48,023 nt of DNA, taken from NCBI GenBank assembly GCA_007376265.1, contig VMFW01000004.1:1-48023 (forward strand), written 5' to 3'. Of the stretch, positions 16,233 to 25,374 are shown piece after piece. A program made the translations under genes and the position numbers. The stretch is from Parcubacteria group bacterium Gr01-1014_20. GTDB lineage: Bacteria; Patescibacteriota; Minisyncoccia; UBA6257; 2-01-FULL-56-20. Numbering within the stretch: position 1 is the first letter of the stretch; each line of letters begins with the position of its first letter. The notes under the pieces were generated by a model. It worked only from the letters and a program-made list of their open reading frames with translations, had not been told where the DNA came from and did not search any database.

Positions 16233-16754
16233 ATGAACAAAGAAAAAATCATAGCTGTGTTTGTTATATTAGTAATTTTAGTTGTCCTATTCTACGTTTT
16301 TTCAAAGAGAAACTCGCCCCCAGGGAAACTAATTCAGAACCTCGTAAATCCGTTAACCGAGGAGGAAGGAGAGTTGGGCAGTCAAATCCTCCCAGGTGAC
16401 GAAAAACTAATCAAAAAAGACATATCGGTTGGCTCTGGGGCCGAGGCTAAGCTTGGTGACACGGTCACCGTAAACTACCTCGGCACGCTCGAAAATGGAA
16501 CTAAGTTTGATAGTTCCTATGATAGAAAACAACCATTTAGCTTTGTTATCGGCAATGGCGAAGTTATTCGGGGATGGGACATCGGTGTTTTGGGGATGAA
16601 AGTAGGTGGCAAAAGAGAGTTAGTTATACCACCAGAATTGGCATATGGGGAAGCAGACAAGGGCGCCATCCCTCCCAACTCAACCCTCAAATTCACCATA
16701 GAACTCTTGCAGACCAAAAACGTTGACAATCAAATCCTGAATCTTAATCCGTAA
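16233..16754 (+). CDS. FKBP-type peptidyl-prolyl cis-trans isomerase, membrane-anchored
   Basis: N-terminal TM. FKBP core: GDTVTVNYLGTLENGTKFDSSYDRKQPFSFVIGNGEVIRGWDIGVLGMKVGGKRELVIPPELAYG. Confidence 0.9.
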   Translation: MNKEKIIAVFVILVILVVLFYVFSKRNSPPGKLIQNLVNPLTEEEGELGSQILPGDEKLIKKDISVGSGAEAKLGDTVTVNYLGTLENGTKFDSSYDRKQPFSFVIGNGEVIRGWDIGVLGMKVGGKRELVIPPELAYGEADKGAIPPNSTLKFTIELLQTKNVDNQILNLNP

Positions 16755-16756
16755 AG

Positions 16757-16784
16757 AAAAAACCGCCTTCAGGCGGTTTTTTTT
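16757..16784 (+). terminator. intrinsic terminator
   Basis: aaaaaaccgcc ttca ggcggtttttttt. Confidence 0.85.
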
Positions 16785-16811
16785 GACACCCCATCAAGAA
16801 AACTCTAAACT
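16783..16811 (+). promoter_or_regulatory. sigma70-like promoter upstream of uvrB
   Basis: TTGACA (16783-16788), 17 nt, TAAACT (16806-16811). Confidence 0.5.
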
Positions 16812-16873
16812 TAACTCGTCAGTGACCCCCTATAGTCCTCGGACTCGGGGAAATTTTGCCATAGCCATAAATA

Positions 16874-18865
16874 ATGAATAGTAAACCTTTTAAAATCCAC
16901 GCTCCGCACAAGCCAGCCGGGGACCAACCCAAGGCGATTCAACAACTCGTCCAAGGCCTGCATGATGGTTATTCACACCAAACCCTGCTCGGCGTAACCG
17001 GTTCTGGAAAAACTTTTACGATTGCGAATGTTGTGGAGGCGATTCAAAAGCCGACACTTGTTATCGCTCACAATAAAACCCTTGCGGCCCAGCTCTGTAA
17101 CGAGTTTCGAGAGCTTTTCCCGGAAAATTCCGTCAACTACTTCGTTTCCTACTACGACTACTATCAGCCCGAGGCCTACATGCCTACCAGTGACACGTAT
17201 ATCGACAAAGAGGCCATGATTAACGATGAGATCGATAAACTTCGTCATTCGGCCACTACCGCCCTTTTAACCCGCAAAGACACGATTGTAGTGGCTTCCG
17301 TCTCCTGTATCTATGGTTTGGGAGCCCCCGAGGTCTACGAGGCGAATATTTTTAAGCTTTCAAAAGGCGTGAAAATAGATCGCAAAGAATTTGTGAGAAA
17401 ACTGATCGAGCTTCAATTTTCACGAACCACTTCCGACTTAAAACGGGGTACCTTTCGTTTAAAGGGAGATCACTGGGAAATTATGCCAGTCGACCGCGAG
17501 ATTATTTATGATTTTGAGATTAAAGGAGGCAAGATAGACTCAATTTACGAATTTGAGCCAGCGGAGGGTTTTATCCCCGGAAAAACCCCGGAGGTTCCAG
17601 AAGTTATCTTTGCTCCCGCCAAACACTTCATTACTCCCAAAGAAGATCGAGAACGAGCGGTGAAAGCCATTCGAATTGAACTCAAAGAGCGTCTAAGGTA
17701 TTTCGAAAAAAACGGCAAACTGCTCGAAGCTGAACGTCTTGAAAGGCGCACCAAGTTTGATTTAGCCATGATGAAAGAAGTCGGTTACTGTCACGGGATT
17801 GAAAACTATTCCAGACATTTATCAGGACGCAACGCCGGAGATCCGCCCGAAACCCTCTTGGATTATTTCCGAGGTGATTTTTTGACGGTTATCGATGAAT
17901 CTCATGTCACGATCCCACAGTTAAACGGCATGTATCACGGTGATGCTTCGAGAAAGCAAACGCTTATCGAGTATGGCTTCCGTCTGCCCTCCGCCGCCGA
18001 CAACCGTCCGCTCAAATTCTCTGAATTTGAAAAAAGGATTGGCAAAGTGATTTTTACCTCCGCTACACCAAGTGATTTTGAAAAAAAGAAATCACAGCAA
18101 ATCGTGGAACAGGTTATTCGCCCAACCGGCTTAGTTGATCCTAAAATCACCATCCGCCCAGCCCGAGGCCAAGTGCAGGATCTTATCCCCGAGATCGAGA
18201 AACGTGTCGGCGTCAAATCTAGCGGAAAAGAAAGGGTTTTGGTTACGACATTAACCAAAAAGATGGCCGAAGACCTAAGTTCTTATCTGCAGGAAAAAAA
18301 GCTAAAAGTCCAATATCTTCATAGTGACGTGGCTACTCTCGATCGTATCAGGATTTTAACCGCTCTTAGGAAAGGGGAGTTTGATGTGCTTGTTGGGGTA
18401 AACCTTCTAAGAGAAGGCTTAGATTTACCCGAAGTGACACTCGTGGCCATTTTAGATGCGGACAAAGAAGGATTTTTGCGAAGTGAAACCTCTCTCATCC
18501 AAACCATTGGCCGGGCGGCTCGTAACGCGGACGGGGAAGTATTAATGTACGCCGACAACATCACCGGCTCGATTAAACGTGCTGTAGGTGAAACCGAGCG
18601 GCGTCGCAAACTTCAACTTGAATACAATCAAAAACATGAAATCACGCCTAAAACCATTATCAAAGCCATTAGGGACATCCTTCCGGATGTAGATGCTTTA
18701 TTAAAACTTGAAATTAGACCCGTAAAATCAAAGGTCGGACTAGAGAGACTTACCAAGCAGAAGGAAAAAGAAATGAGAGAGGCCGCTAAAAATTTAAACT
18801 TTGAACTCGCCGCCCTCCTGCGAGATGAAATCAGGGAGTTGTCTAAAAAAATTAAAGCATCTTAA
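16874..18865 (+). CDS. uvrB: excinuclease ABC subunit B
   Basis: 663 aa. Motifs: GVTGSGKTF Walker A, DESH box, helicase motifs, and C-terminal UVR domain (FELAALLRDEIRELSKK). Confidence 0.97.
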   Translation: MNSKPFKIHAPHKPAGDQPKAIQQLVQGLHDGYSHQTLLGVTGSGKTFTIANVVEAIQKPTLVIAHNKTLAAQLCNEFRELFPENSVNYFVSYYDYYQPEAYMPTSDTYIDKEAMINDEIDKLRHSATTALLTRKDTIVVASVSCIYGLGAPEVYEANIFKLSKGVKIDRKEFVRKLIELQFSRTTSDLKRGTFRLKGDHWEIMPVDREIIYDFEIKGGKIDSIYEFEPAEGFIPGKTPEVPEVIFAPAKHFITPKEDRERAVKAIRIELKERLRYFEKNGKLLEAERLERRTKFDLAMMKEVGYCHGIENYSRHLSGRNAGDPPETLLDYFRGDFLTVIDESHVTIPQLNGMYHGDASRKQTLIEYGFRLPSAADNRPLKFSEFEKRIGKVIFTSATPSDFEKKKSQQIVEQVIRPTGLVDPKITIRPARGQVQDLIPEIEKRVGVKSSGKERVLVTTLTKKMAEDLSSYLQEKKLKVQYLHSDVATLDRIRILTALRKGEFDVLVGVNLLREGLDLPEVTLVAILDADKEGFLRSETSLIQTIGRAARNADGEVLMYADNITGSIKRAVGETERRRKLQLEYNQKHEITPKTIIKAIRDILPDVDALLKLEIRPVKSKVGLERLTKQKEKEMREAAKNLNFELAALLRDEIRELSKKIKAS

Positions 18866-18875
18866 AAAACGAAAA

Positions 18876-18903
18876 GGCTCGACCAGATTTATCCAGTCGA
18901 GCC
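18876..18903 (-). terminator. hairpin between convergent uvrB and the 79-aa gene
   Basis: ggctcgac (18876-18883) pairs with gtcgagcc (18896-18903). The short U-tract is present only on the minus strand. Confidence 0.5.
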
Positions 18904-18925
18904 CAAGTAAGTTGCACGATGGTGG

Positions 18926-19165
18926 TTATACCTTAACCACAGGCCGCATCTGACTCATAAGTCCGTCAGCTTCTCTTCGACAACGACGACCGTAGGCCAG
19001 GACGGCCAGCGCAGCAAAGATGAAAATTGCGCCAAGCCACCAGATTTCACGAGCTATGACGGCGCCCGCACCGAAAGCTAAAAGACAAGCTAACGGAGGC
19101 GCAAGATCGGAATCCGATCTTGCGTTGTCCAACTTCTCTTCTAGCTCGAGTGACCTTCCGTTCAT
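18926..19165 (-). CDS. small membrane protein (79 aa)
   Basis: Internal ATG preceded by GGAGGTGAGGAG. Translation starts MNGRSLELEEKLDNARSDSDLAPPLACLLAFGAGAVIAREIWWLGAIFIFAALAVLAY. G/C-rich codons. Confidence 0.55.
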   Translation of the reverse strand: MNGRSLELEEKLDNARSDSDLAPPLACLLAFGAGAVIAREIWWLGAIFIFAALAVLAYGRRCRREADGLMSQMRPVVKV

Positions 19166-19287
19166 CTCCTCACCTCCTATCGGTTTGCAGTGTGGGTTTG
19201 TCATAAGTCTGATAACAGTGATTAATACTCACCAACTGCCCGAATTATAACAAAACCAATAAATTTGTCAAGGACCCAAAAATATCC

Positions 19288-19322
19288 TAATTCCTAATTC
19301 ATTATTCATAATTCAATACTCA
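19288..19322 (+). repeat. five tandem heptads (TAATTCC TAATTCA TTATTCA TAATTCA ATACTCA) ending 6 nt before the uvrA ATG
   Basis: Read directly from the sequence. A 14-nt identical core, TAATTCATTATTCA, recurs at 44084-44097 upstream of nfo. Confidence 0.75.
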
Positions 19323-19328
19323 ACCTAC

Positions 19329-21911
19329 ATGCAAGACAAAATAATTATTAAGGGCGCCAGAGAACACAATTTAAAAAATATTTCGCTCGAACTCCCCCGA
19401 GACAAAATGATTGTTTTCACCGGACTTTCTGGTTCCGGCAAGTCGAGCCTGGCTTTTGATACTATTTTTGCCGAAGGCCAAAGACGCTATATTGAATCTC
19501 TTTCGGCTTATGCCAGACAGTTTTTGGGCAAGCTCGACAAACCCGACGTCGATGAAATTGAAGGCCTTTCCCCAGCCATCTCGATCGACCAAAAGAGCCA
19601 CTCGGCAAATCCCAGGTCAACCGTCGCCACCATCACCGAAATTTATGACTATCTGCGCGTTCTCTATGCCCGTGTTGGGGTTCCACACTGTCCCAGGTGC
19701 GGTAAAGAGATTCGCAAAATGACCAAAGAGCAAATTGTGGACGCGGTGATCGAATTTAACAAAACTAGTAAATCCAAAAAGAATACAGAAATGATTGTCC
19801 TTGCGACTACCGTGAGAGGACGAAAGGGCGAGTATTACCAGATGCTCTACGACTTTCTAAACGCTGGTTTCTCGGAAGTTAAAGTTGATGAACAGTTCCA
19901 CTCCCTAAGGAATCGAATAGAAATGAGTCGTTATAAAGCTCACACCATCCAACTGGTTATTGACAGAATTCCGGCCGCAACCGATTGGAAAAATAAAGAC
20001 AACCGACTTCGCCTTGCCGAAGCCATTGAGCACGCCCTAAGGTATGGCGCTGAAACTGTGGATATCTCAGTAGGGGATAAGTCGCTTGCGCTTTCATCAA
20101 AGTTCGCCTGTCCCGATGACAATTTCTCATTCCCCGAAATAGAGCCGAGACTCTTCTCGTTTAACAGTCCCTACGGCGCCTGTGAAGAGTGTCACGGCTT
20201 AGGCACCGAAAGTGTCTGGTCTGACAAACCCTGCTCCAAGTGCTTAGGCAAACGCCTCAAAGAAGAAGCCTTAAGCGTTTTAATCAAAGGTAAAAATATT
20301 GTGAATATGACAGCGATGTCGATTATCGATGCTCACGAATTTGCCTCGAAAATCCAAAAAACTGAAACCAAGAAATTTATGGAGGTGGCCGAACTACCAC
20401 TTAAAGAAATCAAAAATCGCCTAAAGTTTATGCTCGATGTCGGTCTTGATTATTTAACTCTTGATCGCAAAGCCGGTACGCTTTCTGGCGGTGAAGCTCA
20501 ACGAATTCGCTTGGCCTCCCAGATTGGGTCACGACTAGTTGGCACTTTGTATATTCTTGATGAACCTACTATTGGACTTCATCAGAGGGATAACGACAAA
20601 CTGATCCTCACTCTCCACGAGCTGAAAGACTTAGGTAATACCATTATTGTGGTTGAGCACGACGAAGACACCATTCGAGAGTCCGACTACTTAGTCGATA
20701 TTGGCCCAGGCGCCGGCATTCACGGCGGTGAAATTATTGCTCAAGGGCCGATTTCAGAACTCTTACCCTTTTCCACCGAAAGTCGATCCTCCTCCGGAGG
20801 AAAAAGTAAATCTTCGGGGGCAAAAGATAAATTTCCAGACTCCCTAACCCTCCAATATCTTCGAGGCAAAAAATTCATTGAAGTTCCGGAAGAACGCCGC
20901 AAGGTCTCAAAAGATAAGCCCCATCTTAAAATTCGTGGAGCTTATGCTAATAACCTTCAAAATCTAGACATTGATATTCCACTTAGCCGTTTCGTTTGCG
21001 TTACTGGCGTCTCCGGTTCTGGTAAAAGCTCTCTCGTCTACGACGTGATCTATAAAGCTCTTTCGAGTCGCTACGGAGGCACGCATTACCGCGAATTTGG
21101 CTGTAAATCTGTCGCCGGCACAGAATATCTAACTCGACTGATTAACATTGATCAGTCACCAATCGGCCGTACCCCTCGTTCTAATCCCGCTACTTACGTA
21201 GGCGCTTGGACTTTTATTCGCGATCTTTTTGCGTCGACCGAAGACGCCCGTGTTCGCGGCTATAAAATTGGGCGCTTTAGCTTCAACCGTCCGGGTGGTC
21301 GCTGTGAAAACTGTGAGGGTCACGGCACGATCGCCATCGAAATGCATTTCTTGCCTACAGTGTACGTTAAGTGTGACGTATGTAAGGGAAAAAGATTCGA
21401 CCGAGAAACCCTTGAGGTTGAGTATAAGAGCAAAAACATTCACGACATCCTAGAGATGACTATCGAAGAGGCCAATGAGTTTTTCGAAGACATTCCCTGG
21501 CTCCACGATCGCTTAAAGATTTTAGACGAAGTTGGTTTGGGGTACTTAACCCTCGGCCAATCGGCAACCACTCTTTCAGGAGGTGAAGCTCAACGCGTCA
21601 AGCTTTCCGCCGAGTTGGGCAAGCGTGACACCATGAAAACCTTGTATTTACTTGACGAACCTACGACTGGCCTTCACTTCGCGGACGTTCACAAACTCCT
21701 AGAAGTCCTCCAAAGATTAGTCAGTAAAGGCAATACTGTTGTTGTGATTGAACACAATCTGGACGTCATCAAAACCGCTGATTGGGTCATTGATCTAGGT
21801 CCCGAAGGGGGAGTCAAAGGTGGCAAGGTTGTCGCAGAAGGCACTCCGGAGGAGATTGCTAGAAAGAAGGGGAGCTTCACGGGCGAATACCTCCGCAAGG
21901 TGCTCGCTTAA
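19329..21911 (+). CDS. uvrA: excinuclease ABC subunit A, lacking the insertion domain
   Basis: 860 aa. Two ABC modules are present ([30 protein letters not shown] twice). The zinc module reads CEECHGLG-9 [11 protein letters not shown]. Confidence 0.97.
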   Translation: MQDKIIIKGAREHNLKNISLELPRDKMIVFTGLSGSGKSSLAFDTIFAEGQRRYIESLSAYARQFLGKLDKPDVDEIEGLSPAISIDQKSHSANPRSTVATITEIYDYLRVLYARVGVPHCPRCGKEIRKMTKEQIVDAVIEFNKTSKSKKNTEMIVLATTVRGRKGEYYQMLYDFLNAGFSEVKVDEQFHSLRNRIEMSRYKAHTIQLVIDRIPAATDWKNKDNRLRLAEAIEHALRYGAETVDISVGDKSLALSSKFACPDDNFSFPEIEPRLFSFNSPYGACEECHGLGTESVWSDKPCSKCLGKRLKEEALSVLIKGKNIVNMTAMSIIDAHEFASKIQKTETKKFMEVAELPLKEIKNRLKFMLDVGLDYLTLDRKAGTLSGGEAQRIRLASQIGSRLVGTLYILDEPTIGLHQRDNDKLILTLHELKDLGNTIIVVEHDEDTIRESDYLVDIGPGAGIHGGEIIAQGPISELLPFSTESRSSSGGKSKSSGAKDKFPDSLTLQYLRGKKFIEVPEERRKVSKDKPHLKIRGAYANNLQNLDIDIPLSRFVCVTGVSGSGKSSLVYDVIYKALSSRYGGTHYREFGCKSVAGTEYLTRLINIDQSPIGRTPRSNPATYVGAWTFIRDLFASTEDARVRGYKIGRFSFNRPGGRCENCEGHGTIAIEMHFLPTVYVKCDVCKGKRFDRETLEVEYKSKNIHDILEMTIEEANEFFEDIPWLHDRLKILDEVGLGYLTLGQSATTLSGGEAQRVKLSAELGKRDTMKTLYLLDEPTTGLHFADVHKLLEVLQRLVSKGNTVVVIEHNLDVIKTADWVIDLGPEGGVKGGKVVAEGTPEEIARKKGSFTGEYLRKVLA

Positions 21912-21987
21912 TAAAATCGGCCTCGTACTAAACTTCGACCTTGATTCACTGACGAGCAATTAAAGCCGTCTAAGTTTTAATAAAAGG

Positions 21988-22016
21988 TTTTTAATTAAGT
22001 TACTTTTTGCTAGAAT
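21988..22016 (+). promoter_or_regulatory. extended -10 promoter for the GHP-repeat peptide gene
   Basis: TGcTAGAAT (22008-22016) with a weak -35, TTTTTA, 17 nt upstream. Confidence 0.5.
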
Positions 22017-22065
22017 AGAATCAGCTCTTCACCCTCTAGCCCTCACCTAAGGAGGTGACAACAGA

Positions 22066-22248
22066 ATGCATTGGAAAATCCTAATGCTGACTCTCGCAGC
22101 ACTGGGCTATGTCCTCTTGGGTCACCCCAACGGTGAACTCAAAGGACATCCAAACGACCGCTACTCGGTAACAGGTCATCCCGTCGGCGATGGCCATCCC
22201 AATGGAACCTTCACCTCGGCCGGCCATCCAACAGGCGATCGGCGGTAA
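22066..22248 (+). CDS. small exported or membrane-anchored peptide with five GHP repeats (60 aa)
   Basis: An 11-nt SD, TAAGGAGGTGA, lies 7 nt before the ATG. After a hydrophobic N-terminus come GHPNGELK GHPNDRYSVT GHPVGD GHPNGTFTSA GHPTGDRR. The repeats use different synonymous codons. Its own terminator is present. Confidence 0.65.
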   Translation: MHWKILMLTLAALGYVLLGHPNGELKGHPNDRYSVTGHPVGDGHPNGTFTSAGHPTGDRR

Positions 22249-22275
22249 CTTGAATTTTCGCCAAAAACGTCCACG

Positions 22276-22307
22276 AGCCCCAGGGTTGTGATACTTTGGG
22301 GCTTTTG
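22276..22307 (+). terminator. intrinsic terminator
   Basis: agcccca pairs with tggggct, followed by TTTT. Confidence 0.75.
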
Positions 22308-22536
22308 ATTATTAAAAAACAAGGGTACCAATCATTTAAGATCGATACCCCGCCTCACGGAGAGACTCACCTGGCCTTTTCGCCGGCCACACTGGTAATT
22401 TAATTAATTCTCGGACTCCCCGCAAGTGATTTCTGTGTATAAGTCTTCAGTTCGGGCTTTCCCTTGACTAACCCAGCTGATTTAAGTTAAGTTGTCGAGA
22501 GTAAGTTCACATGTAACCGCTAACAAAGGAGAAAAA

Positions 22537-23187
22537 ATGAAGCGGTGGAGTTCGATTGCTGTATTTTTTTCACTCATCCTCTTAATCAGCCTGTCGATTC
22601 CCGGATGCGGTGACAAAAAAGGAGCCAATCCCGTTGTTCAGGATTGTGGCGAATGGTTCAGTTGGTTTGGCAACGAAGGTGGGCTCTACCTCGGGGTTTA
22701 TGTGGGAGAAATCTGCCCACTCCCTTGGAGTTGCGTATGGGGAGATACTCTTAGTGTTGACACTCTGGTCGTTTGCGAAGATCCCTACGCTCTAGAACTT
22801 GGCATCGAAGTGGATAGCGTCGATGGCAGTAAGCTTGAGATCAATAAAGTGGAGTGTATTGATCCAGACAGCGGCTACTTCGAGAGGACCTACACAGGAG
22901 TTTTTACTTTCAATCGTGATTGCGTAGCCGACTTCGCGGTCAAATTCACGAGTAGAGGCACCTCCAAAAATCCCACTCGGGAAAGTTGGTCCGTGATTGA
23001 GGAGTACCGCCTCAACTTTAGGCAAAATGTCCACTGCAACATTTCCAGCGGAGTTAATGAATATCTTACCGAGTTCACTCGGTTAGACGATGCGGAATGC
23101 GAGTATAATCCAAAAATGACCGCGGTCGGGAAAACCTTCCGGCGAATCCTCTTTGAGAAGGTCGTCGCCCTAGCTCGAAAACAATAA
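22537..23187 (+). CDS. Cys-rich lipoprotein (216 aa)
   Basis: AAAGGAG SD, then ATG at 22537. Signal peptide with a lipobox-like LSIPGC. At least eight further Cys residues are spread through the mature part. Confidence 0.75.
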   Translation: MKRWSSIAVFFSLILLISLSIPGCGDKKGANPVVQDCGEWFSWFGNEGGLYLGVYVGEICPLPWSCVWGDTLSVDTLVVCEDPYALELGIEVDSVDGSKLEINKVECIDPDSGYFERTYTGVFTFNRDCVADFAVKFTSRGTSKNPTRESWSVIEEYRLNFRQNVHCNISSGVNEYLTEFTRLDDAECEYNPKMTAVGKTFRRILFEKVVALARKQ

Positions 23188-23206
23188 ATTGACGCTTGTC
23201 AGAATC

Positions 23207-23234
23207 AAAAGCCCCTCGTTCTCTAGGGGCTTTT
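23207..23234 (+). terminator. intrinsic terminator
   Basis: aaaagcccct pairs with aggggctttt. Confidence 0.75.
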
Positions 23235-23243
23235 CTACTGCCA

Positions 23244-23271
23244 TTGACATTCCGAGGACAGTTTGTAGACT
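23244..23271 (+). promoter_or_regulatory. sigma70-like promoter for the Cys-rich peptide gene
   Basis: TTGACA (23244-23249), 16 nt, TAGACT (23266-23271). Confidence 0.5.
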
Positions 23272-23316
23272 AACCGTAACGGGAAAAAAGGTCGGTATTT
23301 GCTTAGATTTAAATAT

Positions 23317-23523
23317 ATGACCAAGAAAATAATTTTAGCCGCTTCCATCTTGGCAGCTGTGGTGATGCTTCTGGGTACATTCTTTGTGCTCTCCTCGCAA
23401 GCCGAGGCCGCGACAAGGACGGATGGAACTACAGGCTGTGTTGACCGTGGTTGGAAGTGCGATATTGGTGTGGACGGCGATGTCTCCTGTGGCCCAATTC
23501 TGGCCTGCTCTTACGAAAACTAG
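23317..23523 (+). CDS. secreted Cys-rich peptide precursor (68 aa; about 37-aa mature part with 4 Cys)
   Basis: MTKKIILAASILAAVVMLLGTFFVLSSQAEA signal peptide, then ATRTDGTTGCVDRGWKCDIGVDGDVSCGPILACSYEN. An alternative TTG start lies at 23299. A strong terminator follows. Confidence 0.6.
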   Translation: MTKKIILAASILAAVVMLLGTFFVLSSQAEAATRTDGTTGCVDRGWKCDIGVDGDVSCGPILACSYEN

Positions 23524-23552
23524 ATAGAGAGTGTTTTCCATAATCGTGTTTT

Positions 23553-23595
23553 TCAAACGCCCCTTACTATAAAAATAAGGGGCGTTTGACTTTTA
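23553..23595 (+). terminator. intrinsic terminator (14-bp stem)
   Basis: tcaaacgcccctta pairs with taaggggcgtttga, followed by cttttat. Confidence 0.85.
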
Positions 23596-23683
23596 TCGAA
23601 AAAAGGGTATGCTTAAAGCAGTCAAACGGGAAAACCGATTTACAAACAAACGCAAGTAAACGCGTTTCAAAAGGAGCTTGAAG

Positions 23684-25351
23684 ATGTCTAAGATGCTAAG
23701 GCTTGGAGTTGTAATCGCCTTAGCGACGATTACAGCGTTTCTTACCGGCAATGCCGAAAATCTACGAACCAGCATTATGTCGGAAGAAAAGGAACCTTTA
23801 TTTCGAATTCCGAACGATGCGCAAACTGGAACCGACTCAACGCGGTTTCTTGAACTCTCGGCCGTTATCTATACCCTAGACTCGAACTACTGGGACTATA
23901 TCCGTGGAACGAGCGCTATGGAGCGATTTGTAAGTCGCATTGCCGATCACCAACAGAAGCACGCCGCTGAGTGGCTTTTAGCGTTAAGAGGTATTGAGTG
24001 GGCCAAAGATAGCACTCATTGCCTTGGCAACCCTTGGCAATTTGAAGTCGACGCTCGCTGGGCATACTTTATCCGATTTGGCCCACCCTCGGCTTACTGG
24101 TCACCAATGTACGAGGTTACAGTTCCAGGTGGTCGAATCGATACCACTCAGACATTCTTTAACTGGTGGGACACGAGAGACACTGGACTTGCCGCTCAAG
24201 TGTTCAAAGCCGAATGGTATCCACCCGAATCATCCTCGGTGTTCCCAAGGGTCGAAGCCATCGTCGGCGACACGATCAAGTCAAAGTTCGGAAAGGCTCT
24301 CTATCCCGAGTTAGACATCGTTTCCTTTCCAAACGAGGACAGCACCTTTGATGTCGGAATCTCCTCGAGCATCACAGGGAATAAACTCACAAAGGAAACG
24401 CTTCTCGATCGGCGGAAGCTTGAAGTTGAGCTACAGGTTTTTAATGCTGACTCGCTGGTTTTTGCAAGTCATCAGACTCAAAAACTCGGGCTTGCTGGAC
24501 TCATCCTCTCGGTCACCAAAAACGACGAAGATCTGGCCTTCACTTATCACTTTTCGGTTCCGAACCTTCCAGAGGGAAAGTATAGGGCCAAACTAACGGT
24601 TGAAGGAGACCGAAATAACGCTGGTAAAATCACCGAGAAATTCATTCTGCCTTCCATTCTCACGACAAAAGGTATGAGCGACATCCTTCTCGTTGACGCC
24701 TTTCCCGTCGTCGGTGAGGATATTTCGTCAGGGATCAAACGCCTTGATCAAAACCTTTACTGGAGGGGATCCAATGCTTTCAATACGGGCGACACTCTTT
24801 CGCCATACATTGAAATTATGATCCCAAAAGTAAGGATCAAGGGCCCCCCCAGAGACTCAAGTTACTGGTGGTCTTACCTTGAAGACAGCTCCTCGGTAGA
24901 GTATTTCCCGGGACCCGCCCAGGATCCCAATGCGTGGTCCTACACCATCTCGGTTTTCCTGAAGCCCATCCGCAAAAATCGAGAACCGATTTACTCGGCT
25001 GAAAATCGTGAGGGGTTTGTTTCCGGTGATAGTCTCGGTAAACCTGTCCTAAAATGGGGCGGCATTGATCTTAGAGAAAAGCACAAACAGCTTCAGCGTG
25101 AAATGGGTAGGATGGGAGCTTCTCTTCAAACCAACGACCTGGAGCTGCTTTTCGCAAGAGCGAGCCAACTCCCGGGACAGTTCGGCTCTTTTGAGTCTTC
25201 CTTTGAAGTCAAAAGAGTAGCGCCCGGTGACTACTGGATGATCATCGCGGTCGAAGCCACAGACCTGTATGAAAATGAGTGGTCCGGAAACTCCATGAAG
25301 CGGGTTAGGATCAACGAGATCAAATTCCCGACTTTCGGAAGTCGCTTTTAG
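23684..25351 (+). CDS. secreted protein with GWxTD-like N-terminal domain (555 aa)
   Basis: AAGGAG SD 7 nt before the ATG at 23684. A signal peptide is present. EVDARWAYFIRFGPPS resembles the TDRGRxYIxYGPP core of GWxTD repeats. The family call is tentative. Confidence 0.75.
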   Translation: MSKMLRLGVVIALATITAFLTGNAENLRTSIMSEEKEPLFRIPNDAQTGTDSTRFLELSAVIYTLDSNYWDYIRGTSAMERFVSRIADHQQKHAAEWLLALRGIEWAKDSTHCLGNPWQFEVDARWAYFIRFGPPSAYWSPMYEVTVPGGRIDTTQTFFNWWDTRDTGLAAQVFKAEWYPPESSSVFPRVEAIVGDTIKSKFGKALYPELDIVSFPNEDSTFDVGISSSITGNKLTKETLLDRRKLEVELQVFNADSLVFASHQTQKLGLAGLILSVTKNDEDLAFTYHFSVPNLPEGKYRAKLTVEGDRNNAGKITEKFILPSILTTKGMSDILLVDAFPVVGEDISSGIKRLDQNLYWRGSNAFNTGDTLSPYIEIMIPKVRIKGPPRDSSYWWSYLEDSSSVEYFPGPAQDPNAWSYTISVFLKPIRKNREPIYSAENREGFVSGDSLGKPVLKWGGIDLREKHKQLQREMGRMGASLQTNDLELLFARASQLPGQFGSFESSFEVKRVAPGDYWMIIAVEATDLYENEWSGNSMKRVRINEIKFPTFGSRF

Positions 25352-25374
25352 GTCATCGCTATTTTGAACTAACG

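Noticed and set aside
16786-16873. Search for LexA/SOS boxes (CTGT-N8-ACAG or CGAAC-N4-GTTCG types) upstream of uvrB, uvrA, uvrC and dinB.
   Set aside because: No convincing match was found by eye in any of the four upstream regions, so no SOS operator is claimed.
19288-19322. Tandem heptads considered as a micro-CRISPR or satellite.
   Set aside because: The units are only 7 nt long with no spacers, so this is not a CRISPR array. It is kept as a possible regulatory or leader repeat. No CRISPR-like repeat-spacer structure was seen anywhere in the window.
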